Shown here: positions 37,550 through 46,017 of the stretch, one piece after another
How positions within the stretch are numbered: position 1 is the stretch's first letter
Layout of the letters: each line of letters starts with the position of its first letter
Assembly: GCA_030765235.1 (NCBI GenBank)
Contig: JAVCCW010000029.1
Location: 140,939-204,938, forward strand
Origin: Candidatus Gorgyraea atricola
GTDB lineage: Bacteria; Omnitrophota; Gorgyraeia; Gorgyraeales; Gorgyraeaceae
DNA: 64,000 nt
Direction: 5' to 3'
Notes under the pieces: generated by a model
What the model saw: only the letters and a program-made list of their open reading frames with translations
Told to the model about the DNA's origin: nothing
The model's database searches: none
Program-made: the position numbers and the translations under genes

Positions 37550-39439
37550 ATGAGTAAAGTTATTGGAATCGATCTAGGTACATCTAATTCAGCAGCGGCA
37601 GTTATGGAAGGGGGCCGGCCTGCGATAATACCCAGCGCGGAAGGCGCGGGTGTTGCGAGCGGCAAGGCATTTCCGTCATTTGTGGCATTTACAAAGGATG
37701 GACAGAAACTTGTTGGTGAGCCAGCAAGGCGCCAGGCTGCTGTAAACGCAGAAGGCACTATCTACGCGGCAAAGAGAAAGATGGGTACTGACCACAAATT
37801 CAAGATCTACGGCAAGGAGTATACGCCGCAGGAGATCTCAGCATTTATATTGCAGAAGGTAAAGCAGGATGCTGAGGCGTATCTTGGGGATAAGGTAGAA
37901 GAAGTAGTCATTACCTGTCCTGCTTATTTTAATGATAATCAGCGCCAGGCAACAAAGGATGCGGGCGAGATAGCGGGCTTAAAGGTCCTGAGGATAATCA
38001 ACGAGCCTACTGCCGCGTGCCTTGCATATGGCCTGGACAAGGTCGGCAAAGAGATGAAGATAATGGTGTTTGACTTTGGCGGCGGCACGCTTGACGTCAC
38101 TATTATGGATATGTGGTATGACAAAGAGCATAGTGCCAGCGGATTTGAAGTAAAATCCACAAATGGCGACACACATCTTGGCGGAACAGACATGGATAAT
38201 GTATTGATAGATCATATTGCAAATCAATTTAAAAAAGAGACAGGTATAGATCTGAAGAGCGACAAAATGGCAACGCAGCGTTTAAGAGAAGCAGCTGAAA
38301 AGGCAAAGGTCGAACTCTCAAGCACAGTTACAACAGACATAAACCTACCTTTTATTACAGCAGATAGCAGTGGGCCAAAGCACTTGACCATGGCTATAAA
38401 CAGGGCAAAGTTAGAGGAATTGGTCGGCCCCATAGTGGATCGCTGCAGCGAGCCTGTTGACAATGCGCTTAAGGACTCAGGACTTACACCTAATGACATA
38501 GACAAGATCATTATGGTGGGCGGCCCTACCAGGATGCCTATTGTGCAGAAGTTTTTAGAAGAGCATGTTGGCAAAAAGATAGAACGCGGCATAGATCCGA
38601 TGGAGTGCGTTGCGCTGGGCGCGGCAACTCAGGCTGCTATTATAAAGGGTGACGCAAAGGAAGTCTTGCTTTTGGATGTCACGCCGCTTTCTCTGGGTAT
38701 AGAGACGTTAGGAAGTGTTTGTACGAAACTTATTGAGCGCAACACTACAATACCTACGAAAAAGAGCCAGGTATTTTCAACAGCTGCAGACAATCAGCCG
38801 GCAGTTACAGTGAGGGTCTTGCAGGGCGAGCGCCAGATGGCAAATGACAATACTGAGCTTGGTAGATTTGATCTCGTAGGCATACCGCCAGCGCCTCGCG
38901 GCATACCGCAGATAGAAGTCACATTTGATATCGACAGGGATGGCATCGTGCATGTGGGCGCAAAGGATCTTGGTACAGGCAAGGAACAGACGATCAAGAT
39001 AACAGCCCCTAGGAAGCTCTCAAAAGAAGAGATAGAAAAGATGGTCAAGGACGCGGAGAAATTTTCCGAAGAGGATAAGAAAAAGAAAGAAGAGGTAGAG
39101 GTAAAGAATCAGGCAGACACCCTGGTGTATTCTGTTGAAAAATCTTTAAAGGATTTTGGAGACAAGGTCACACAGGATGAAAAATTAAAGATAGAACAGG
39201 GCCTGAATGATTTGAAAGAGGCAATAAAAGGTAATGATATTGAAAAGATCAAGAAAGGCATGGAGGAGCTGTCCAAGGCAGCGCATAAGTTAGCTGAAGA
39301 AGTGTATAAGGCAGCTCAGGCAAAACAGGCCCAGGCGCAGTCAGGAACTGCTGGCCCACAGCCAGACGCGGCTAAGCCTGAAGAGCCAAAGAAAAAAGAA
39401 GGCGACGACGTTATTGATGCGGAGTTTAAAGAGAAATAA
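37550..39439 (+). CDS. dnaK: Chaperone DnaK (Hsp70)
   Basis: [21 protein letters not shown], the EEVD-less bacterial C-terminus, and 629 aa. Confidence 0.95.
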   Translation: MSKVIGIDLGTSNSAAAVMEGGRPAIIPSAEGAGVASGKAFPSFVAFTKDGQKLVGEPARRQAAVNAEGTIYAAKRKMGTDHKFKIYGKEYTPQEISAFILQKVKQDAEAYLGDKVEEVVITCPAYFNDNQRQATKDAGEIAGLKVLRIINEPTAACLAYGLDKVGKEMKIMVFDFGGGTLDVTIMDMWYDKEHSASGFEVKSTNGDTHLGGTDMDNVLIDHIANQFKKETGIDLKSDKMATQRLREAAEKAKVELSSTVTTDINLPFITADSSGPKHLTMAINRAKLEELVGPIVDRCSEPVDNALKDSGLTPNDIDKIIMVGGPTRMPIVQKFLEEHVGKKIERGIDPMECVALGAATQAAIIKGDAKEVLLLDVTPLSLGIETLGSVCTKLIERNTTIPTKKSQVFSTAADNQPAVTVRVLQGERQMANDNTELGRFDLVGIPPAPRGIPQIEVTFDIDRDGIVHVGAKDLGTGKEQTIKITAPRKLSKEEIEKMVKDAEKFSEEDKKKKEEVEVKNQADTLVYSVEKSLKDFGDKVTQDEKLKIEQGLNDLKEAIKGNDIEKIKKGMEELSKAAHKLAEEVYKAAQAKQAQAQSGTAGPQPDAAKPEEPKKKEGDDVIDAEFKEK

Positions 39440-40590
39440 TGACGACTAAAAGAGACTACTACGAGATATTGGGTGTACAAAAAGGCGCGAGTGTGGATGA
39501 GATAAAGCGCGCGTACAGGGGCCTTGCGCTTAAACATCATCCTGATAGAGTGTCTCCAGATAAAAAGAAAGAGGCAGAGGATAGGTTTAAGGAGATCTCA
39601 GAGGCCTATGCTGTGCTTTCTGATCCTCAGAAAAAGAGCCAGTATGACCAGTTTGGCCACGCTGGAATAGATTCTCGTTATAGCGCGGAGGATATTTTTG
39701 GAGGAGCTGATTTTAGCAGTATCTTTGAGGACATGGGTTTTGGCGGCGGCCTTGGAGATATGCTTAGCGGTATATTCGGTGGTGGTTTTTCTTCCAGAAG
39801 AAGAGGCGGGCCCATGGCTGGCAGGGATCTGGAATATGAGATCGAGATCTCTTTTGAAGATGCCGCGTTTGGAATAAAAAAGACAATAAATATACCACGT
39901 TACGAGACATGCGAGACATGTAAAGGCGATGGCGCAAGACCTGGCACTAAGAGGACCAGCTGTTCAAATTGCGGAGGCAAAGGTCAGATCCTGCAGTCAG
40001 CAGGCTTTTTCAGTATCAGGCAGACGTGTCCCAGGTGCAGGGGCGAAGGCATGATCATAAAAAGTCCATGCGTGAAGTGCGCTGGCAGTGGAAAGACCAG
40101 GATCGCCAAGAAGCTCGAGGTGAGCATACCTGCTGGAGTTGATACTGGTTCGCGGCTGCGTATCCAGTCCGAGGGCGAAGCAGGTTCAAAAGGCGGACCA
40201 AGGGGCGACTTGTATATTTATGTACATGTAAAAGATCATGCTATATTTGAAAGACATGGTTATGATATAATATGCGATGTGCCAATAGACTTTCCTACAG
40301 CTGCCCTGGGGGGAGAAGTAGAGATCCCGACCTTAAATGGAAAGGTATCAATGAAGATCCCTGATGGTACGCAGAGCGGAAAGGTCTTCAGGCTCCAGTC
40401 TAAAGGCGTGAAAAGACTAAGGGGTCACGGACACGGGGATGAGCTCGTGAGGATCATTATCGAGACACCGACGCGCCTAAATTCCCAGCAGAAACGCGCA
40501 TTAAAAGAATTCGCAAAATCCTGTGACGAGAAAGTCAATCCGCTTTCAAAGTCATTTATGGATAAAGCTAAAAAGATATTCGGGAGATAA
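39439..40590 (+). CDS. dnaJ: Chaperone DnaJ
   Basis: J-domain with HPD (LKHHPDR), a G/F region, and four CxxCxGxG zinc-finger repeats. Confidence 0.95.
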   Translation: MTTKRDYYEILGVQKGASVDEIKRAYRGLALKHHPDRVSPDKKKEAEDRFKEISEAYAVLSDPQKKSQYDQFGHAGIDSRYSAEDIFGGADFSSIFEDMGFGGGLGDMLSGIFGGGFSSRRRGGPMAGRDLEYEIEISFEDAAFGIKKTINIPRYETCETCKGDGARPGTKRTSCSNCGGKGQILQSAGFFSIRQTCPRCRGEGMIIKSPCVKCAGSGKTRIAKKLEVSIPAGVDTGSRLRIQSEGEAGSKGGPRGDLYIYVHVKDHAIFERHGYDIICDVPIDFPTAALGGEVEIPTLNGKVSMKIPDGTQSGKVFRLQSKGVKRLRGHGHGDELVRIIIETPTRLNSQQKRALKEFAKSCDEKVNPLSKSFMDKAKKIFGR

Positions 40591-40592
40591 TA

Positions 40593-40874
40593 ATGCCGAC
40601 ATATGAATACGAATGCCAGAAATGCGGGAAGAGATTTGACTTTTTTCAGAAGATGAGCGATGAGCCCCTGTCTATTTGTCCTGAACAGAATTGCAAAGGA
40701 GCTGTAAAAAGACTCTTGAGCGCGGGCGCTGGTTTTATCTTTAAGGGCTCAGGATTTTACGCCACTGACTACAGGAGCAAGAATTACAAAGAGAGAGAAA
40801 AAGAAGAAAAGCCAAAGTCCGAATCTCCTTGCCAGGGTTGCGATAAAAAAGAAAGCTGCAAAGTTGACGAATAA
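40593..40874 (+). CDS. FmdB-family zinc-ribbon protein
   Basis: MPTYEYECQKCGKRFD...CP..C, the FmdB signature. Confidence 0.75.
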   Translation: MPTYEYECQKCGKRFDFFQKMSDEPLSICPEQNCKGAVKRLLSAGAGFIFKGSGFYATDYRSKNYKEREKEEKPKSESPCQGCDKKESCKVDE

Positions 40875-41229
40875 TATTGTCAAATATTGGATACCCTTAT
40901 ATCTATATGCAGGTTTGATATTTTACGTCTCGGGCATATCAAGGCCCTTACCTGGAGTCAGCATACCTTTTCTTGATAAGTTCCTGCACATATGCGAATA
41001 CGCGGTTTTTGGTATTCTCGCGGCAAGGGCTTTTAAGAATTCTTCCAGAAAAACATTTTTTGAAAATTTTAAGATCTTTGCTATAATAGTATCTATCGTA
41101 TATGGCATTTCAGATGAATTCCACCAGAGTTTTATACCGTTGCGTCAGTTTAGTATGCTTGATATGATGGCTGATGGTATAGGTGGGGTAATAGGAGTAA
41201 TTTTATATGGCAAATGTAATCCCGTTTAA
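40864..41229 (+). CDS. VanZ-family membrane protein
   Basis: Small 4-TM protein with DKFLHICEYAVFGIL and DEFHQSF.P.R, as in VanZ-like proteins. Confidence 0.65.
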   Translation: MTNNIVKYWIPLYLYAGLIFYVSGISRPLPGVSIPFLDKFLHICEYAVFGILAARAFKNSSRKTFFENFKIFAIIVSIVYGISDEFHQSFIPLRQFSMLDMMADGIGGVIGVILYGKCNPV

Positions 41230-42427
41230 AGGCACACTCTATAATCCAGAAAAGATAAAAGACCTCTCAAAGGTAATGGCGCCGCCCTATGATGTCATCT
41301 CGCCGCAAGAACAGGCCCAGCTTTACGATTCCGAGGCCCATAACATAATTCACATATTACTGGGTAAGGTCAAGCCGGATGACAATGAAAAAGAAGATAA
41401 ATATACAAGGGCCGCGGGATGTTTAAAGGACTGGCAGGCACAGGACGTGTTAAAAAAGGACAACGAACCCTGTATCTATGTTTACGAACAGGAATTTGAG
41501 GTGGATGGGAGAGACCTGCGCAGACTGGGCTTTATCTCGCTTTTGAAATTAGAGGAGTTTGATAGAGAGGATTCGAGCATCCATCCTCACGAAAATACAC
41601 TTAGCGCGCCAAAGAAGGACCGTACTAAACTTATCAGTTCAATAGAGTCTAATCTGGGACCTATATTCGCGATATTCGCGGACGATAATCAATCTATCGA
41701 TAATATTCTAGCACAGGCAACAAAATCACAGCCGATTATAGATGTCGTGGATCACCACGGTATAAAAAATAGGCTCTGGAGACTTTCTGATAAGGAAAGA
41801 ATAGAAAAAATAGTCAACCTGATGAAGGACAAAAAACTTTTTATCGCAGATGGCCATCACAGGTATGAGGTCGGGCTTGAATTCAGTAAGACCAAGAAGG
41901 ATCCAAAATTCGGTTATATACTCACTTATTTTACAGACCTTTGCGCTGATGGAATAGTGGTTTTACCGACACACAGGTTGATCAGCGGAGTGGATAAAAG
42001 TAAATTATCTGAACTAAAGCAGGATCTAAAAAAACATTTTACAACCGAAGAGATTTCTTCGAAGGAAAAGGCTAAGGATTTTCTTTCTAAGGCAGTACCT
42101 CCTGAAAAGAGATTTGTAATATATGAGAAAGACGGATTTACAGGATTGTGCGTAAAGAGCAATAATTCTCTGGATGTCAGCGTGCTTCACGATATGGTCA
42201 TAGAGCCATTAAAGAAAAAGGTCGCCTCGCTTTCAATAGATTTCACAAAGGACATAGAATATGCTGTTAAAGAGGTGAATGAAGGAAGATTTTCTTTGTC
42301 CGTCATATTGAACTCCACAAAGGTTACTGAGGTTAGAGACATGGCGCTTTCAGGTAAACGCATGCCTCAGAAATCAACCTACTTTTATCCCAAGGTCCTG
42401 ACAGGCCTGGTGATTAATGTGTTTTAA
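41207..42427 (+). CDS. DUF1015-domain protein
   Basis: N-terminal VIPFKGTLYNP...PPYDVIS and the overall length are typical of DUF1015. Confidence 0.65.
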   Translation: MANVIPFKGTLYNPEKIKDLSKVMAPPYDVISPQEQAQLYDSEAHNIIHILLGKVKPDDNEKEDKYTRAAGCLKDWQAQDVLKKDNEPCIYVYEQEFEVDGRDLRRLGFISLLKLEEFDREDSSIHPHENTLSAPKKDRTKLISSIESNLGPIFAIFADDNQSIDNILAQATKSQPIIDVVDHHGIKNRLWRLSDKERIEKIVNLMKDKKLFIADGHHRYEVGLEFSKTKKDPKFGYILTYFTDLCADGIVVLPTHRLISGVDKSKLSELKQDLKKHFTTEEISSKEKAKDFLSKAVPPEKRFVIYEKDGFTGLCVKSNNSLDVSVLHDMVIEPLKKKVASLSIDFTKDIEYAVKEVNEGRFSLSVILNSTKVTEVRDMALSGKRMPQKSTYFYPKVLTGLVINVF

Positions 42428-42430
42428 TGA

Positions 42431-42560
42431 CGAGGTTTCGTAAAGTTGCGTTAGGTTTCGTTAGGTTGCGTAAGGTTGCAGAAGCAAAATTTGAATTCTA
42501 GTTTTTTGTAACTTTACGAAACATTACGAAACTTCACGAAACCTTACGTAACCTCCATTG
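42431..42560. repeat. Long imperfect inverted repeat built from TTACGAAAC / GTTTCGTAA-type units, upstream of accD
   Basis: Left arm GGTTTCGTAAAGTTGCGTTAGGTTTCGTTAGGTTGCGTAAGGTTGC, right arm GTAACTTTACGAAACATTACGAAACTTCACGAAACCTTACGTAACC. Confidence 0.7.
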
Positions 42561-42579
42561 GGTTTATAAGGAGCATAGG

Positions 42580-43422
42580 ATGCCTCTATTCAAGAAACCA
42601 AAATATAAAGTTGTAAAGGTCTCGAATCGCAAGGGCGTGCCTGACGGGAGTTGGCTTAAGTGCGGCGGGTGCTCGGACATGATATACAAAAAGACCCTTG
42701 ATGAAAACTTAAGGGTCTGCCCGAAGTGCGGCTATCATTTTATACTCGGCGCATATGAACGCATCAATATGTTTCTTGATCAGGGCAGTTTTGAGGAGTT
42801 TGAAAAAGGAATGAAGCCGCGGGATATCCTGAAATTCAAGGGGCCTAAGAGTTATGTGGAAAAGATAGAAAAGGATACATTGACGACTGGCATGGAAGAG
42901 GCAGCAGTAGTGGGAAAGGGCCGCGTCAATAACAGGAAGATTGCGCTGGGCGTGACTGATTCGCGTTTTATAATGGGATCAATGGGCTATGTGGTGGGCG
43001 AGAAGATAACCAGGATCACAGAGTATGCCACTGAGAATGAATTGCCGCTGGCGATCATCTCTGGTTCAGGGGGAGGCGCAAGGATGTACGAAGGCATGAT
43101 CTCGCTTATGCAGATGGCAAAGACCTCAGCCGCGCTCGCAAGACACAATGAAGCAGGAGGCCTGTACATATCTATTTTGACAAATCCTACAATGGCAGGA
43201 GTCTTAGCGAGCTTTGCTTCTCTGGGGGATATTATTATTGCTGAACCAAGAGCCCTTATTGGGTTTACAGGGCCCAGGGTTATAGAGCAGACCATACATC
43301 AAAAACTCCCTGAGGGCTTTCAAACATCAGAGTTTCTCCTGGAACACGGGCTTATAGATATGGTGGTAAGCCGCAAGAATCTAAACGACACTGTTACCCA
43401 GATCGTTGATTATACGACTTGA
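42580..43422 (+). CDS. accD: Acetyl-CoA carboxylase carboxyltransferase beta subunit
   Basis: N-terminal Zn ribbon CGGCSDMIYKK...CPKCGYHF and the CT domain. Confidence 0.9.
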   Translation: MPLFKKPKYKVVKVSNRKGVPDGSWLKCGGCSDMIYKKTLDENLRVCPKCGYHFILGAYERINMFLDQGSFEEFEKGMKPRDILKFKGPKSYVEKIEKDTLTTGMEEAAVVGKGRVNNRKIALGVTDSRFIMGSMGYVVGEKITRITEYATENELPLAIISGSGGGARMYEGMISLMQMAKTSAALARHNEAGGLYISILTNPTMAGVLASFASLGDIIIAEPRALIGFTGPRVIEQTIHQKLPEGFQTSEFLLEHGLIDMVVSRKNLNDTVTQIVDYTT

Positions 43423-43441
43423 TATTTAATGGCATTGGAAA

Positions 43442-44335
43442 ATGGAAAATCGCAGCAAGATAAAGAACGGCATAATTTGTGGTGCCAGCTTTATTATTGT
43501 CTCCTTCCTGGTATTTCGCACTGATCTACCTAAGATCCCCACTATTTTTCTGTACAATCTGATCATTATAATGAGCCTGCAGGACCTTGGTTATTATCGA
43601 GGTCTTTTTTTTCTTGGCGCTTCGATCTTTCTCACGATCCTGACTTCTCTCGCAGTGAATTTTAACTATGTCTGGGGAGTACCGATGTTCTTCGTAACAT
43701 TTTTGATCGTGGACGATCAGATAAAGAAACATAACTATGCTAGACATATTATTGAAACGCGCACAGAGGAACTTAGTAAGAGTACTGATCTTCTCACAGA
43801 TGAACATTTAAGGCATAAAAGAGAAGCAGTCTCTCTTGAAAAGAAAGAAAGAAGATTCAATCTGCTCAAGGATATGACTGCCTGTCTTGGCTCTACGCTT
43901 TCCCTTGACGATGTTTCTAAAATTATTTTAGATAACGCGCTGAGTATAGTAGGAAAATCAGAATCAGCGCTTTTATTTTTAGTGGACACTGAAAAACAGG
44001 AATTAAATCTTGTTACGTCCAGGATGGAGAAGGTAAAGGCTAAAAAAGTAGATCTTCTGGACAAATGGGTTTTTAAACAGAGACAGTGTCTTCTTATCGA
44101 GGATATCAGAAAGGATTCTAGATTTGGCGAAGAAGAGAAAGGAGTTTTTCGTTCAATTATCTCTTCACCACTCATAGAAGAGAAAAAGGTCATAGGCATA
44201 GTGCGGCTTGAACATTCAAAACCTTATGCATATACCTCTGAGGATCTGCGGCTTTTGGACATACTGTGTGATCTGGGTGCTGCGAGTCTTGGCAATGCCA
44301 GGCTCTATCAACAGATGCTAACAGTTAACAGCTAA
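43442..44335 (+). CDS. Membrane-anchored GAF-domain protein (no output domain)
   Basis: N-terminal TM helices, a coiled-coil segment, and a GAF-like region (LDDVSKIILDNALSIVGKSESALLFLVD). Confidence 0.55.
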   Translation: MENRSKIKNGIICGASFIIVSFLVFRTDLPKIPTIFLYNLIIIMSLQDLGYYRGLFFLGASIFLTILTSLAVNFNYVWGVPMFFVTFLIVDDQIKKHNYARHIIETRTEELSKSTDLLTDEHLRHKREAVSLEKKERRFNLLKDMTACLGSTLSLDDVSKIILDNALSIVGKSESALLFLVDTEKQELNLVTSRMEKVKAKKVDLLDKWVFKQRQCLLIEDIRKDSRFGEEEKGVFRSIISSPLIEEKKVIGIVRLEHSKPYAYTSEDLRLLDILCDLGAASLGNARLYQQMLTVNS

Positions 44336-44336
44336 C

Positions 44337-45620
44337 ATGAAATTTCTAGTGTATTTTATAATTTCAGCGGTGGTATTATTTTTGAGCTACAGGATCAGTC
44401 TGTCTAAGGCCTTAACGTGGTCTGCATTGGCTAGTGTATTTATTCTGATCAGGGGGCTTAGAGCGTTTCCATATGAGACTATGGTCTTTGTATTAGCTAT
44501 AAATGCCCTACCTTTTATTACGGATAGATTCAAGAAAGACTTTGATCACCATAAAGAGTCTATGCGCGCCAGATTTGAAGAAGTAAAGACGCGTTATGAG
44601 GATTTGGTGCGCCAGAATAATGGCGAGATAGAATCAAACCTTGAGAGAGAAAAGAAATTACAGCAGGTGCTTTCCCTGTACGAGATCTCTAAAGACATGT
44701 CCGGCTGTCTCTCGCTCGAGGATATATTAAGTATATTTTCGTCGACGCTGAGAAAGTCTTTCAGGTTCAGGGCTTCCAGGCTCGCGCTTTTAAATGATTC
44801 CCGAGAGGTAGTATCGGTTTATCAGATTAAGACCGGACAGACGATCAGCAAGGTCAGTCCTGATGACTTCGATAAAGAACTCGCTGTTATTATGATCGAA
44901 GAAAAAAAAGTGATCTCACTGTTTTCTCAAGTCGAGGCACGACTCTTAAAAAGGCTGGCCATTGTAAAGGATTTTGGGACGCTTGTAGCGATTCCTCTTT
45001 TTGTCGAGGAAAGGCTCGCGGGGATATTGTATATAGAAAATCTCCCTAGGCCGTATTTTGAGAATTTTATTATTCTTGGTAGCCAGTTTGCGATACAGTT
45101 TCAGAAGGTTGTCCTCTATAAGAAGGTGCAGGAGGCGTCTATTACAGATTCTCTGACAGGTGTTTCTACGAGGAGGCATTTTTTAGAGAGGTTGGCAAGG
45201 GAGCTAAGGCGTTCAATGCGTGGCAAGACGAATCTGTCCTTTCTTATGCTGGACCTGGACCATTTTAAGGAAAAGAATGATCGCCTTGGCCATTTGGTAG
45301 GGGATGTTGTTTTAAAAGAGGTAGCAGGTATTATCAAATCTAATCTGCGGGAAATAGATATTTTAGGAAGATACGGCGGCGAAGAATTTGCAATAGCGCT
45401 TGCTGATACAGATAAAGAGGGAGCCTTGCAGGTAGCTGAGCATATCAGGAGAAGCATCGAGTCTGCTATATTCAAGGCCTACGACGAGGTCACATCCAGC
45501 ACTGTAAGCATAGGCATAAGTACTTTTCCAGAAAACGGAGCAGACGCAAACTCCCTAATCGAATCCTCCGACCGCGCCCTGTACAAGGCAAAGGAGTCCG
45601 GTCGCAATCGGGTGTGTTGA
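44337..45620 (+). CDS. Membrane-anchored GAF-GGDEF diguanylate cyclase
   Basis: DSLTGVSTRR...LMLDLDHFKEKNDRLGHLVGD...RYGGEEFAIAL, with an intact GGEEF active site. Confidence 0.85.
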   Translation: MKFLVYFIISAVVLFLSYRISLSKALTWSALASVFILIRGLRAFPYETMVFVLAINALPFITDRFKKDFDHHKESMRARFEEVKTRYEDLVRQNNGEIESNLEREKKLQQVLSLYEISKDMSGCLSLEDILSIFSSTLRKSFRFRASRLALLNDSREVVSVYQIKTGQTISKVSPDDFDKELAVIMIEEKKVISLFSQVEARLLKRLAIVKDFGTLVAIPLFVEERLAGILYIENLPRPYFENFIILGSQFAIQFQKVVLYKKVQEASITDSLTGVSTRRHFLERLARELRRSMRGKTNLSFLMLDLDHFKEKNDRLGHLVGDVVLKEVAGIIKSNLREIDILGRYGGEEFAIALADTDKEGALQVAEHIRRSIESAIFKAYDEVTSSTVSIGISTFPENGADANSLIESSDRALYKAKESGRNRVC

Positions 45621-45850
45621 CAAGCCAAAGGAAGTCCTGTTCGCTCAAGTGAAACTTTCCCCCTCGCTTTGCTCGGGGTCGCCTTTCATTTTGCATTTTG
45701 GTGGGGGTGAAAAAACTTACCCGACACCATAGGTGTCGGGGTCGAACAGTTTTCGCCCTTTTTGTCTCATAAAATGTGACAAAATAAACCCCCAAAATGC
45801 AAAATGAAAGGCTAAATTTTCAATTCGCTCCCAGGACTTCCTTTGGCTTG
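45621..45850. mobile_element. MITE-like 230-bp element with 19-bp perfect terminal inverted repeats and nested internal palindromes
   Basis: CAAGCCAAAGGAAGTCCTG...CAGGACTTCCTTTGGCTTG at the ends. Internal IR CTTTCATTTTGCATTTTGGTGGGGG/CCCCCAAAATGCAAAATGAAAG and a central hairpin CCCGACACCATAGGTGTCGGG. Confidence 0.6.
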
Positions 45851-46017
45851 GAATAATTTGTTGCAGTAGGGTGTACCCAAATAGGACGTTTGTAGTATAG
45901 TATATAATATAGTACTTAAATTTTAGATTGCAAATGCCGTATTTGTATGATATAATTAAAATTACTAGATAGATAGAATAAATATATAGCCTTATAAAAA
46001 AACAAGGCTTATTTTTT

